A stretch of 62,885 nucleotides of DNA, counting the filler, from Folioceros fuciformis (Eukaryota), in NCBI GenBank assembly GCA_049999805.1. It is 13 parts of 13 records of this genome, joined end to end, with 100 filler letters (N's around TTAATTAATTAA, not from the genome) between each part and the next. Parts side by side here need not be neighbours in the genome. Positions count along the whole stretch, not along the records: positions 51,270 to 57,144 come from JBNGIO010005592.1; positions 57,245 to 59,467 come from JBNGIO010005593.1; positions 59,568 to 62,885 come from JBNGIO010005594.1; 10 more parts are not named here. One strand, given 5' to 3'. The notes under the pieces were generated by a model. It did not search any database, was not told the DNA's origin, and saw only the letters and a list, made by a program, of their open reading frames with translations. Made by a program: the position numbers and the translations under genes. Shown one piece after another: positions 51,925 through 62,885 of this stretch; within the stretch, counting starts at the first letter, position 1, and every line of letters begins with the position of its first letter.

Positions 51925-53510
51925 ATGGCTACAACTGCCTTCCCAACTTTTGCCTCAGAATTACGTGAAAAGGATAGGTTCAAGGGGGACGGTTATTCCA
52001 CCTGGCGTGTAAGAATGAAAGCCACTCTACTGGCACGTGGTGTATGGGGTACTATGGATGGGTCATACCCTAAACCTGACCCCACGGCTACTCCAACTCC
52101 GAGGCACCACTGGCCCTTCACCTGGTCAAAGAGGGGACACTCAAGTTCCTTCCAAACGTCCCGGCAATTGCAATTGGTGTGGTATTCCTGGACATTGGGC
52201 AAAAGAATGCCGTAAGAAGCGGGCAGGTGAACCTCAAAAACAACCTAAACAGGCTGCTAGTCTTGCAGTCAAAGAAGCATAAGGAGGATTGAAAGCACAG
52301 GTGAAGATACTCACAGTATGCTTGTCAAGTTCTCTGAATGATGATGGTTGTTGGTATCTCGATTCGGGAGCTACCACTCATATCTGCAAGGATAGAAGCT
52401 TGTTCACCACCCTACAACCTGTATCAGGAAGTGATAAGGTTTTGTTAGGAGATGAACAAAGCAAAACTAGCTTGCAAATACAGGAAAAAGGTACCTGTAC
52501 TTTCAGCCTTCACGACGGAACGGCCCTGCTTCTTGAGGATGTTCTTCTTGTCCCAACTATGGCTAAAAACCTCATGTCTTTAAGCCAGCTCATGCGTCTA
52601 CAGTTTTTTAATTACGAGCAGATCATGAGAATTGCTGTTTTTATCGACAATCTTCCCCTGGAACATGTGTTTTTAAAGGACTACCTGTACAAGACCTATA
52701 CAGATTAGACATTACTTGTCAACCAGCTGCTGATGCACAACATTCAGCCCATTCAATAGGATACCTTCAGTCAAGTTCAGCAAAGGAAGCTATTTTGTGG
52801 CATGCCAGATTAGGGCATGTCAACAAATCTAAGCTAATTGACATGTCCGTTACGGAATGTCACAAGGAACCTCTTCCAAAGTGCTTCAAACACTTAACTA
52901 TTTGTGAATCTTGCATATTAGCAAAGCAAAAGGAATTCCCTTTTCCAAGCGCTTCCCTACATAGGGCAACACATCCACTTGGGTTAGTACATGCGGATAT
53001 ATCAGGAAAAATTAGTGAACCTTCCCTGGGAGGCTCAAAATACTTTTTTACCTTAACAGATGATTATAGCCGCTATACGTGGACATACCCAATGCAATCT
53101 AAAAGTGACACATTTAGTTTCTTCAAGGATTGGTTTTACACAGCTCAAAGGCAATCAGGACAACTGCTTAAAACATTAAGGACTGACAATGGTACCAAAT
53201 TTGTCAATTCTTTCTTTGACTCCTTCCTTCAAGAAACTGGTGTCCTTAGGCAATTGACTGTGCCCTACACACCTCAACAAAATGGTGTATCAGAACGTAA
53301 GAATCAAACTCTACTTGGTATGACCAGAAGCATGCTATTGTGGGCAGGTCTACCTCAAGGATACTAGGCCGAGGCTGTTGTTGCAGCTACCTATATGCTG
53401 AATAGGATTATTACAAGCTCAGTTCCACACATGACACCCTATGAGGCATTCTAGCATAAGAAACCAAGTTTAGCAAATTTTAGAGTTTTTGGATCTAAGG
53501 CTTTTGCTCA
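51925..53510 (+). pseudogene. copia gag-PR-INT, relative of element F, with internal gag deletion
   Basis: LREKDRFKG, CNWCGIPGHWAKEC, WYLDSGAT, HADISGK. Confidence 0.93.
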
Positions 53511-53595
53511 TCCCATTGCAAGGGGAGGCTTTTATTTCCGGTGGAGTGTCGACCCCTCTTACGAATGAGGGTTTCCACTTGATTCTGAATCAACC

Positions 53596-54978
53596 ATGGC
53601 AGCCTATGATGAGTCTGATGAAGATGACACCCCGTTGATACGGAGACCCAGGGAGCAGCAAAGGGATCGAAGGCTACCATCAGTCACCACCCCCACAGCC
53701 CTAGATTCCACCCCAACTGAGATGGAGTCAATGAGGGATCTTGGACCAAGCCAACCAATAGTTGAAGTAGGGTACCAGGTAGGGGATTTGGCGATGACAA
53801 TAGTAGTGCAAGCACAAAGTGGAGCACCAAATTTGGGGAGAAGGAGCCCAATGAAATGGAAGGCAGCCCGGGGAGCACACGCCACGAGCCAAGGTAACAA
53901 CACTTCGTTGGGAGGGTGGAGCAACATCATTCGGTGTGGCCAACAGCTACAAAACATCAATTGGGGAGAGGCCCGTGCAATGATTGCAGCCCTACTACAG
54001 GAGGACATAAGTCGGGATGCAAACCAGGCACGACTAGAATCCAAAGTGCAGGAATTGGAAAAGGAGCGAGAACAGTATCTCCTCAAGGACGGTGAGCAAA
54101 GGCAAGGACTGGAGAAGTTGACCCAGCAGGTGAGCACGTTGTAGACTTCCCAACAAGGTTTATCACATGAGATCATTGCATGTCGAAGGGACCTCGCCCA
54201 GTCTGAGGAAACTAGGAAGGCGGTGGAGGAACAGCTACGGGAACAAGTCTACCTTGCAAAGGATTTACAAGGCAAGTGAGATGAGTTGGAGGCACAGAAT
54301 GCTAAAGCGAACCAGGAACTCCAGCAGCGCCTTGAAGCAGGGCAAGGAGAGCGAGTGGAGAGGGAACAATTGACCATCCAATTAGAAGACCTTCGGCAGG
54401 AGAAAGCACAACAAGAAGCTGAGCACCAGACCAAGATTCACAGGATGCTGGTGGTTCAAGCTCCTAGGTTTCGTGCTGACTATGCCTACTTGACGGGGTG
54501 CATGACCAAGCTTCATGCAACTCATCAAGAAGACCTTGACCTACAGTTGAAGGTAGGGCCGATGGAGGCTGAACGGGATATCTACAAGAGTAGCTGCAAG
54601 GGTGGGGATTGGGTTGTTGACATGGATACCATAGATCTAGCTCAACAGAATCGTAACCTCCACCTACACCAACGTCTACTAACTCATCACAAGGAACTGG
54701 CAGCATTAGCAAGGCGAGGGTATCTTGGGCCACATGATGACGATCGTGAAGCCCTGGAGATAGTGCCCCTACCCACAGACTTTCAAGAGAGCAGCAATAT
54801 GGACCTAGAGAGCTCACAATGGGAACCGGAGGAGCTGCTTTGGGCTAGGAAGAGCACGCAACAAGGGGTACCTACTCTCGTAGGGAACCTACCTACAAGA
54901 GGAGGGGAAGGAATGGTAGGGACCCTACCTACGGAGGGAGCAACAGGTACCCTACCTACGGAAGGAGCCTCAAGTTGA
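53596..54978 (+). pseudogene. About 460-aa coiled-coil accessory ORF of a probable LTR element
   Basis: 53596-54144 and 54286-54978 share one frame with two stops (TAG, TGA); followed by a purine tract near 55102. Confidence 0.6.
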
Positions 54979-55113
54979 GGAATAAGGGGATCCCTCCCCT
55001 ACCAAACTTGTAGGTGGTGGTGAAGGGATAGCCCAAGAGAACCACATAGAGGATGGTAGGGTGAAAGCTTGTGGATCCTAAAGAAGGCGAATCCCAATAA
55101 TGAAGGGGGGCCT

Positions 55114-56099
55114 AGTGGCTCAGCCTTCAAACTCTGCCTCCCTTCAGGAGCCATCCTAACCACACCTTTTTGAAAAGGGGGTCAACGAATCTTCTATGGC
55201 AGCACCGATAGTCCTAATCTTCATCGGCGCGCACTGCCCTAGCAATTATTGGTAGGACTTAGCCTCTTGGTAGGTGTGCGTAGTTAAAGTTGGCCGCGGC
55301 TAGTGGTAGGTAGGAAGCCGTCTGCCATCCTATATAAATAGAATGAAGAACTTGAGCCAGAGGGCCCCGTTCTTTGATTGTAAGTGTTTCGTGACGAATA
55401 GAGAACCAATTTTCGTAAGCTTGCGTGGACATCCTGGCAGAAGGAGGAGCTGCGAGTGCCCTTTCTGATGCCGATCACAAAGGTTCTTGTGATGTCTAGT
55501 TGGGAGTCTTGAACGTAGGGAAACGCGGGGTTGGATCGTGTAGAAGGTGTTGTGAGGAGACTTGTGGGGAAAGGTGCTGGGTGTAGGTAATTGGAAGTTG
55601 GTAGGGGGAGGTACTGGGGCCCTTCCAAGTGAAGGAATGGTGCCTTCCTACTGACAGGAGGTGTTGAAGGTATGCGCTAGGGAAGGTTGAATGTCGAGGG
55701 TGAGCGATAAACACAGTTGGAGGGAGTGGAGCAGGCTCGGAGGAAAACTTGGTCGCTGGGTGTAGGGAGACGAGCAACTAGGTTGTGGGTAGAGGAAGGT
55801 GTTGTAGGGAGCCTTGTGAGGAAAAGGTATTGAGTGTAGGGAGATAGAAATCGGTAGGGCCTCCAGAGGTACTGGGGCCCTTCCAAGTGAAGGAATGGTG
55901 CCTACCTACTGACGGGACGTGTTGTAGGATTGGTAGGTACGTGGTTGGGAGAGTTGACTATTGTAGGGGAGTGATAGACGTAGCTGACCATGCTTAGAGG
56001 GGAGCGATTCCAGGGAAGCCTACCACGACCGTGGGATTGATGTGGCCATGATACATGTGAGTGGGTGCCTGGTAGGGATACCACACCCGCTTGCCCACA
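55114..56099 (+). repeat. Probable LTR of about 1 kb with an internal duplication of about 255 bp
   Basis: Follows AAGGGGGG and ends CCCACA at the junction. GAGGTACTGGGGCCCTTCCAAGTGAAGGAATGGTGCCT occurs near 55609 and 55867. Confidence 0.5.
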
Positions 56100-56463
56100 A
56101 TGCAAGTTGAGGGTTTGGACTACCAAGAAACATTCTCACCTGTTGTGAGAACACAATCCATTCGAATCCTCCTTGCTTATGCCACAGAACATGACCTTGA
56201 CCTACACCAAATGGATGTCTGCACAACATTCTTGTATGGAGCCTTAGATGAGGAGCTTTACATGCTCCAGCCTGAAGCTTATGAAGACCCTGCACACCCA
56301 AACAAAGTGCTCAAGCTCTTGAAGTGTATATACGGCTTGAAACAGAGTGGGAGAGTGTGGTATTTAACCACGCATCTCTACTTAATCAACATGGACTTTG
56401 TGCAAAGTGTAGCAGATGTGAATGTCTACAGGCTTACATGTGGCTCTTCTCTTGTCCTTCTTG
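56100..56463 (+). pseudogene. copia RT fragment, close copy of 45197-45560
   Basis: Near-identical DNA and protein (QVEGLDYQETFSPVVRTQSIRILLA). Confidence 0.95.
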
Positions 56464-57283
56464 ACAATCATCAGATGCGACGTAGTCACGGTAGTAGGCC
56501 CAAAGATAGTTGAATACATTATGGCAGTTACACACTCCGGTGTCATGTGTACGCGATGGACGGTTATTGCTGTTACTAGGTCACTTAACCTAAGACCTGT
56601 ACGTGTCGCGCAGCAGCCGCATAGCTGCATGCCTACCTAGCCTGTCTACCAAGCTAGGTCACTAAGCTTCCGCCTGCCTGCGATCTCCTTGGCCTTCGGC
56701 CCAGGAGCAACAATCCTAGCCTTAATTTGTCGTTGGCCTATGGCCAAGAGCAAGGCTACAAAAAGAGACTAGGTTTGCCTAAGAGAGGCAGACCCGGGAC
56801 CCGTCAACAGGTGAAATCAAGCTGGAAAATTCTCCCAACCTGGCAATGCAACGAACCACAAGAACCTCTAGGAGACAAAGACACAGCAGGGACGAAGTAT
56901 GGCTGTCTATTGGAACAAGACAAACAACAACAATCCGAGTATCCATGGCTGGGTGCCTACATATATAGGCAAAAACCCCCAGGAGTTCTCGATGAAGTGT
57001 CCACCCGTATCGATGGTGGGCACTTTATAATCCTACTTTCCTTGATTTATGATTTTTATGTATTTTCTAATATCTTCTAATATAAATCTGCTATCTATAT
57101 GTGTGGCATAGCACCGCGCCTTTCATGCACAACCATGCATATAGNNNNNNNNNNNNNNNNNNNNNNNNNNNNNNNNNNNNNNNNNNNNTTAATTAATTAA
57201 NNNNNNNNNNNNNNNNNNNNNNNNNNNNNNNNNNNNNNNNNNNNCCTTCTTCGTATCAACACGTTATTGCTTTATTAATCTTA

Positions 57284-57335
57284 ATTCCAATTCCAATTCC
57301 AATTCCAATTCCAATTCCGAGTCCAATTCCAATTC
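57284..57335. repeat. (TTCCAA)n microsatellite
   Basis: About 8 imperfect hexamer units. Confidence 0.9.
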
Positions 57336-57410
57336 GTATTTACCATGCGTGCGAAAGAATGCATCGATGACCGTGCTTACACGCTCACGTTACAAGTGAG
57401 CTTTCCAAAA

Positions 57411-58587
57411 CTACAGTCTGCACTCTTGCATGAACCAAGCCGGTATGATGTCGGATTCATGCACACACAACATCTTGTGAGTCTTCCTGAGCGTACTCGC
57501 CGCCACGTCGCATGCCTTGGCAATGATTTTGAGTGAGGTGGCTTGGTCATTTGAAATCCTACACACCATGTAGATCACGGCGGCGGCGATGGACGTTGGG
57601 GAGCTCGTGGGGTTGAGTTTTTCAACGGCGCTCAAAGACTCAACCACGGCTCTTGCACTCGTCTTAGGCAGTTAGAGCTTGCAGCAAAACCGCGGTGCAA
57701 AATCCCTAGGCCGCAGAGCTTTGGACGTGCGCGCTGGATTTCCTCGCATGCATGGCTTGTCATGTGCATGCACGTCGCTCGATTCCAGGAGGCCCACCAA
57801 CTTTTTGATGTCCCCCCGGACAAGAGCGTAATTGCGGGGCACCCAAGAAGTTCTCGTAGATGTCTTGGGCTGACCAAGGAGCGCGTTCTTCTCGACAAGC
57901 CACGAACGTGGCAGGAGCCACGCACATGTCTTCATCGTCGCCCCCTTTTCCCAACCTCACTAGTTCCTTGTACAAGAACTTTGCGCGCACCTGCCTGTTG
58001 CTCGGAAGTGCCATTCTTTCAGCGAGCTCTGAAATCCTATCGAAAGCGCATCCCATGGTGGTGGCATCGTGATTGGGAGCCAACGCATTCACCCTGCGCA
58101 TTGTGGATGCAATCCCCTTGTCCTTTGCGCGTGTAGTGTCAATGCAAGTGGTTAGCCCACCGTGGTCGAGCAAGCCATCCGTACTCGTGACGTGTCCCAC
58201 ACGCTCCTTTTCTTGGTGCTCCGTATCATTCTCAAACCTCCTATATTCCGAGGTTTCGTCGATACAACGGTCTCCCAACACCATGCCGCACTCTTTGCAA
58301 ACGGTGTCTCCCGTACTGTGGTCGTCAAGGATGTCCGTCTCTTTCTTGCACTGCGGGCATACGAGGCCCGTACTCTCGGCTCTCTGCGGTGGAAAAAAAA
58401 AAAAAAAAAGGTTTAGTTTCGACAAACTCGAATCATTTCTTGCGAAAGAGCATCGATCCAAATCCAAGGAGACGTAGGTAGGCCAATCACGTACCGGTGG
58501 GAGGCTGCCCTCGCGCTTCGCACGCAAGACCACGGCTTGGCATGTGTGCTTGGGGAGCGTCATGTGAATTCTTGGTGGAGGCCTCAT
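57411..58587 (-). pseudogene. TFIIB-related transcription initiation factor, disrupted
   Basis: Zn ribbon CPQC..DHSTGDTVCKECG..IDETSEYRRF and two cyclin folds (PTSIAAAVIYM). Intron 58384-58494; frameshift near 57830; TAA 57672-57674. Confidence 0.85.
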
Positions 58588-58706
58588 AGCTAGGTTATGG
58601 ATAGGAGCTATGGGACTTAGCTAAGCTTAGCTTCCTAAACCCGAAGCAAAAAGCACAAGCGTCTGCGCGTTTGGCGTTTTGGAAAAGAATGCACACCCTC
58701 CTGCGC

Positions 58707-58713
58707 TTATATA
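58707..58713 (-). promoter_or_regulatory. Candidate TATA box of the TFIIB-like gene
   Basis: TATATAA about 120 nt upstream of ATG 58587. Confidence 0.4.
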
Positions 58714-58783
58714 GCCAAAGGTCCACATTAGGAAACACCAAGGGCCAAGGACGGACACGACCGTCCTACATGGTACCCAACTA

Positions 58784-58942
58784 AGGAACCCCAAGGGCCA
58801 AGGACCTAATTCATTGGGTGCCTGCACCTGGCCGCGAGTGCAACCACCACGCCTCCTTCGTCATAGAGGCTAGGAACCCCAAGGGCCAAGGACCTAATTG
58901 ATGGGAGAGGCCTGCACCTGGGCCGCGCGTGCAACCACCGCG
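58784..58942. repeat. 88-bp-period tandem duplication
   Basis: AGGAACCCCAAGGGCCAAGGACCTAATT at 58784 and 58872; partial third copy near 58738. Confidence 0.85.
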
Positions 58943-59786
58943 TGCGCATGCGCGTGCACGTGCGCGGGCACGCCTCTCCCACCGCGGCCGGGGGAAAGGA
59001 AACGTTCGCTAGGTCCGATTCCCGCACCGCCGTTTGAAACTACGTCCACCCCCTTTTGTGCGATGTACTGTACGTACAATTCTTTCATCAAGCAAGGTGG
59101 TTCGGGGTTTGCTAAGGCTTGCCAAGAGCATGTTGTTACACTAACGTGGTCCTCCAATCATGGTGGATTGGCGGCACTCATTATGAGTTATGATAGAATC
59201 TTGAAACCCCGCCGCCAAAAACCGCGGCCATGGAGAGGGGAGTGGGAGATACACCTAGCAGGTCGGGTCGGGTCGATCGCAAGCAAGTGGCCGTGCGCGT
59301 TTACTCCCCGGAGGCGCAACGGCCGCGCTCCTTCCACTATACAGCCTCCCGGCTCCGCACATGGGAGGGTTGAACTTTCAGCCCTCCCAATATGCCATAA
59401 CGAGGGAGGCCAAACAAAACCCTACTAGGTAGGCCCTTTGTGAGGGTGTCCACACCCCTTTTTGTTTNNNNNNNNNNNNNNNNNNNNNNNNNNNNNNNNN
59501 NNNNNNNNNNNTTAATTAATTAANNNNNNNNNNNNNNNNNNNNNNNNNNNNNNNNNNNNNNNNNNNNAAGAAGATTAAGGAGGAAAGGAGGCTGGAGGAT
59601 GAAGAGAAGGCTTTTGGTTCAGGAGTGAAGCCACACCAAGAAGATCCGTCGCCCGACACCGATTCCAAGACTGATACTGAAGATGAGTCAACTCACGATG
59701 TTTTAAAGTCAGGAGTTGAGATAGAGATTCAGGACATTATTGATTCTGATAACTCTAACTCCTCGGGCTTTTAGGAATATTGTGTG

Positions 59787-61278
59787 TTACTCTGAACTGG
59801 ATAGGAGAGCTTCTGCCTCTCCCATTCCCAAACGCTGTATATGCTTGTGATGAGCTTCTTTGCTCAAAACCTTTGTTAGTATGTCCGCTGAGTTGTCCTG
59901 TGTCGGAACATATTGCAAATCAATTTTCCCTTCCGTCACAAGCCCCCTTATATAGTGGTATTCAACCTCCACATGTTTTGTACGTGCGTGAAATACTGGA
60001 TTTCTTGCTAATGCCATTGAGCCCTGATTGTCTATGTGGATTGTTGTGCAAGTAGGTATCTGAATTCCTAATTCCTTGAACAAAAGCTTACACCACACTA
60101 TTTCTTTGGCTGCTGTTGTCAGGACCCGGTACTCGGCCTCTGTTGAAGAAAGGGCAATCGTTGGTTGCTTCTTACTAGACCAGCATACAGGCCCTCCAGC
60201 AACTGAAATGACATAGCCTGAAACTGATTTTCTATTGTCTATGTCTCCCGCATAGTCTGAGTCTGTAAATACCTCAAGATCTAGAGGCTTTCCTTTTTTA
60301 TTCTTATATGCTATGCCAATTTTTGCTGTGCCTTTTAGGTAACGGAAGGCACGTTTCAAGTTTGTCCAGTGTTCCTTCCCCGGGTTTTCCAAGAACTGTG
60401 AGAGCACACTGGTAGTATATGCAACTTCTAGTCTTGTAGTATTGCTTGCATATATCAGTTTGCCTACACCTTGCCTGTAAGGAACTCCTATCATTTGCTC
60501 CTTGTCTTCTTGAGTTGAAGGTGACATGAGCTTGCTAAGTTTCTGACCAAATGGCATAGGTGTTCATACAGGTTTTGCATCCTTAAGACCTAGTTGCTCA
60601 GCACAATCTAAAAGTTAACGGGGTTGTGTTAGTGTCATTACGCAAGTCTGCCTATTTCTTTGAACATGAATTCCTAGACAACTCTGTAAGGGTCCTAGGC
60701 AATTCATTCTGAATTTTGTTGCTAACGCATCTATACTTGTGATGAAGGTCTGACTATTGCTTGATAAAATCAGGTCATCAACGTAAACTACCGAGTAGCA
60801 TATGACATTCCCTTTGAGGTAAATATACAAGCTACTATCTGCTTGACTCTTAGTGAACCCTAGCTCTAGCAATTCTGTTTCTAGGGCTGCATTCCATTTC
60901 ATGGCTGACTGTTTTAAGCCGTATAGACACTTGATTAGTCTGCAAGCTTGGTGCTCTTTTCCTTTAACCACATATCCAAGCGGCTGCTCCATGTAGATTT
61001 CAACATCTAACTTTCCATATAGAAATGCTGTTTTCACGTCATACATCTGGAGCTCATAGTTGAAGTGTGTGGATATGGCTAGGATGATTCTGAGAGTTGA
61101 AAGCTTGACCACTGGAGAGAAAGTTTCAAGATAGTCCAATCCAGGGATTTGGGAGAAGCCTCTTGCAACCAAGCGAGCTTTATACCTGTCAAAGGTACCA
61201 TCTGCTTTTACTTTCAGCTTGAAAACCCACTTACAAGTCACCATTTTTCTGCCTGGAGGTAAATCAACAAGCTCCTAA
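59787..61278 (-). pseudogene. copia RT-RNase H
   Basis: YKARLVARG, YVDD, FTDSDYAG, KHVEVEYHY. Confidence 0.95.
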
Positions 61279-62885
61279 CGTAGTTATTGCGTGACCAGAA
61301 TCACCGTGGGCAGCACCATGATCAAGAGCATGAAGAAGCTAAGGCGTTGGCGTAAGTGATAATTACATTGAGGTTTTTAAAAAAGCTTAAAACAGAGAGC
61401 TAGTTGTAACCGTCTTAACCTAACTTAAATACGAACCGTTATTGGCTTAGTGTCTGAATAGGTAATTGCCAATCCTACACGCCCCCTCAGGCCTAATGCC
61501 AATCTAATCACATCAGCGAAAACTTGAGACGAAGCGCAAATTCTGGTCTCCACACAGCTAGTTTTGGTGACGCGAACGCACTCCGAATTCGCGCCCCCTT
61601 GCTATGGCTTGTGCATGCTGGCTAACCGCTCTCCTATGTCCCATGCTCACCGCAAGGTGATTGAGAGGTAGAGCAGTACCCGAGCATCAACCATGTGTGA
61701 AGATCCGCTGCAAGCTCGGCTGATAAAAGCTAAAATAGGCGCGTGCCTCTTCCCATCATAGTAACTCATGCCTGCAGCATTGGTATGGCAATAAAACTAA
61801 GAGGTTCGTGAGTCCTGATTCGTTTACCTTGATGCTTCATCCAGGACTGATTCATGTGTGTGTAGGTGATGTAGGATTGGCTCCAGTGACTGAGCTGTGC
61901 GTAACACACAGGGGACGTGTTCTCTGCGGAAGCCAAAATGCTGCATCAGAATCTTAGGCTGCTGTTGCTGTGGCATGTTGCTTGTTTTCAAGATAAGTTG
62001 TTGTTCCCGTTAAGCCCAATGTGGTGCGATGTTGTGCATGTGTTGCCTTAGGAAGGCCCTTAGTTAACAGGTCGGCAACATTCTCTGTTATGTGCACATA
62101 TTGAAGCTGGACCATGCCTGTTTCAACTGCTTGACGAATAAAATGGAACTGTATCTCAATGTGTTTCGACCGAGCATGAAGAATAGGATTAGCTGTGAGA
62201 GCAATAGCGGATTGATTGTCACAAGCTAATATTGTGGCTGCCGGTTGCTTCCACTGAATGCCCTCCAGGAATTGACGGACCCATATGATCTCACGTGCCG
62301 CATGTGATAGGGCTCCGTATTCCGCCTCAGTTGATGAAAGGCTCACTGTTGTAAGTTTCTTAGACTGCCAACTAATGGCAAATCCACATAACAGCAGACA
62401 ATATGCAGCAATGGATTTCCTTGAATCCACATTGCCAGCCTAGTCTGCATCTGCATAAGAAGTAAGTATTCCGCTTCCAGCAGCTGTATATTTCATAGAA
62501 AAAATCTTGTGTACCTTTTAAATAACGTAGGATTCTTTTGACGGCTGTCCAGTGCTTCTGACCTGGGTTGGAGAGGAAACGAGACACTACACCTACAAAC
62601 TGTGAGATGTCCGGACGAGTCCAACCAGCCAAGTACAAGAGACTACCTACTGCTTCTCTGTAAGGTACTTTTGCCATTTCTGCAACGTCTGTTGGTGTGG
62701 TAGGACAGTCCTCTATGGATAACTTTTCTCCAAATGCTATAGGGGTGGTAACGGGATGTAATGCAGAAAGGTTGAATTTGGACAGCAACTGTCTTATGAA
62801 GTGTGCTTGGTGGATGGTGACGCAGGTCCTATCAGGGTTAAAGCTAAATTGAATGCCTAAGGCGAACTTCAAGGGACCTACATCT
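61279..62885 (-). mobile_element. copia 3' end (RT/RH, about 470-bp 3' UTR, PPT 61480-61490, LTR about 61279-61479)
   Basis: VPYREAVGSL, SSTEAEY, KHIEIQFHF; GAGGGGGCG-TGTAGG. Confidence 0.92.

Noticed and set aside
4316-59567. Recurrent TTAATTAATTAA palindromes as a biological repeat or CRISPR array
   Set aside because: Always centred in identical N-runs, so these are artificial linkers. Adjacency across them is meaningless.

Overview
This is not one locus. It is 13 eukaryotic contigs joined by 12 artificial 100-nt linkers (N44-TTAATTAATTAA-N44). The short introns, the intron-containing U2AF35 CDS and the TE content suggest a non-seed land plant, possibly a hornwort or other bryophyte/lycophyte (inference). 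About three quarters of the window is nested, variably decayed Ty1/copia LTR retrotransposons with short LTRs (170-320 bp) and a tRNA-iMet PBS. There are also Ty3/gypsy-like 3' ends and a CRE/R2-type non-LTR fragment. Host genes: a COX10 pseudogene, a DUF3598-like plastid gene, an intact U2AF35 with a GC-AG intron, and a disabled TFIIB-like gene. Main hunt result: six distinct copia elements carry an extra 170-255-codon sense ORF ('ORF0') between the PBS and gag, and several of these share motifs. Some elements also have candidate antisense ORFs in the 3' UTR.
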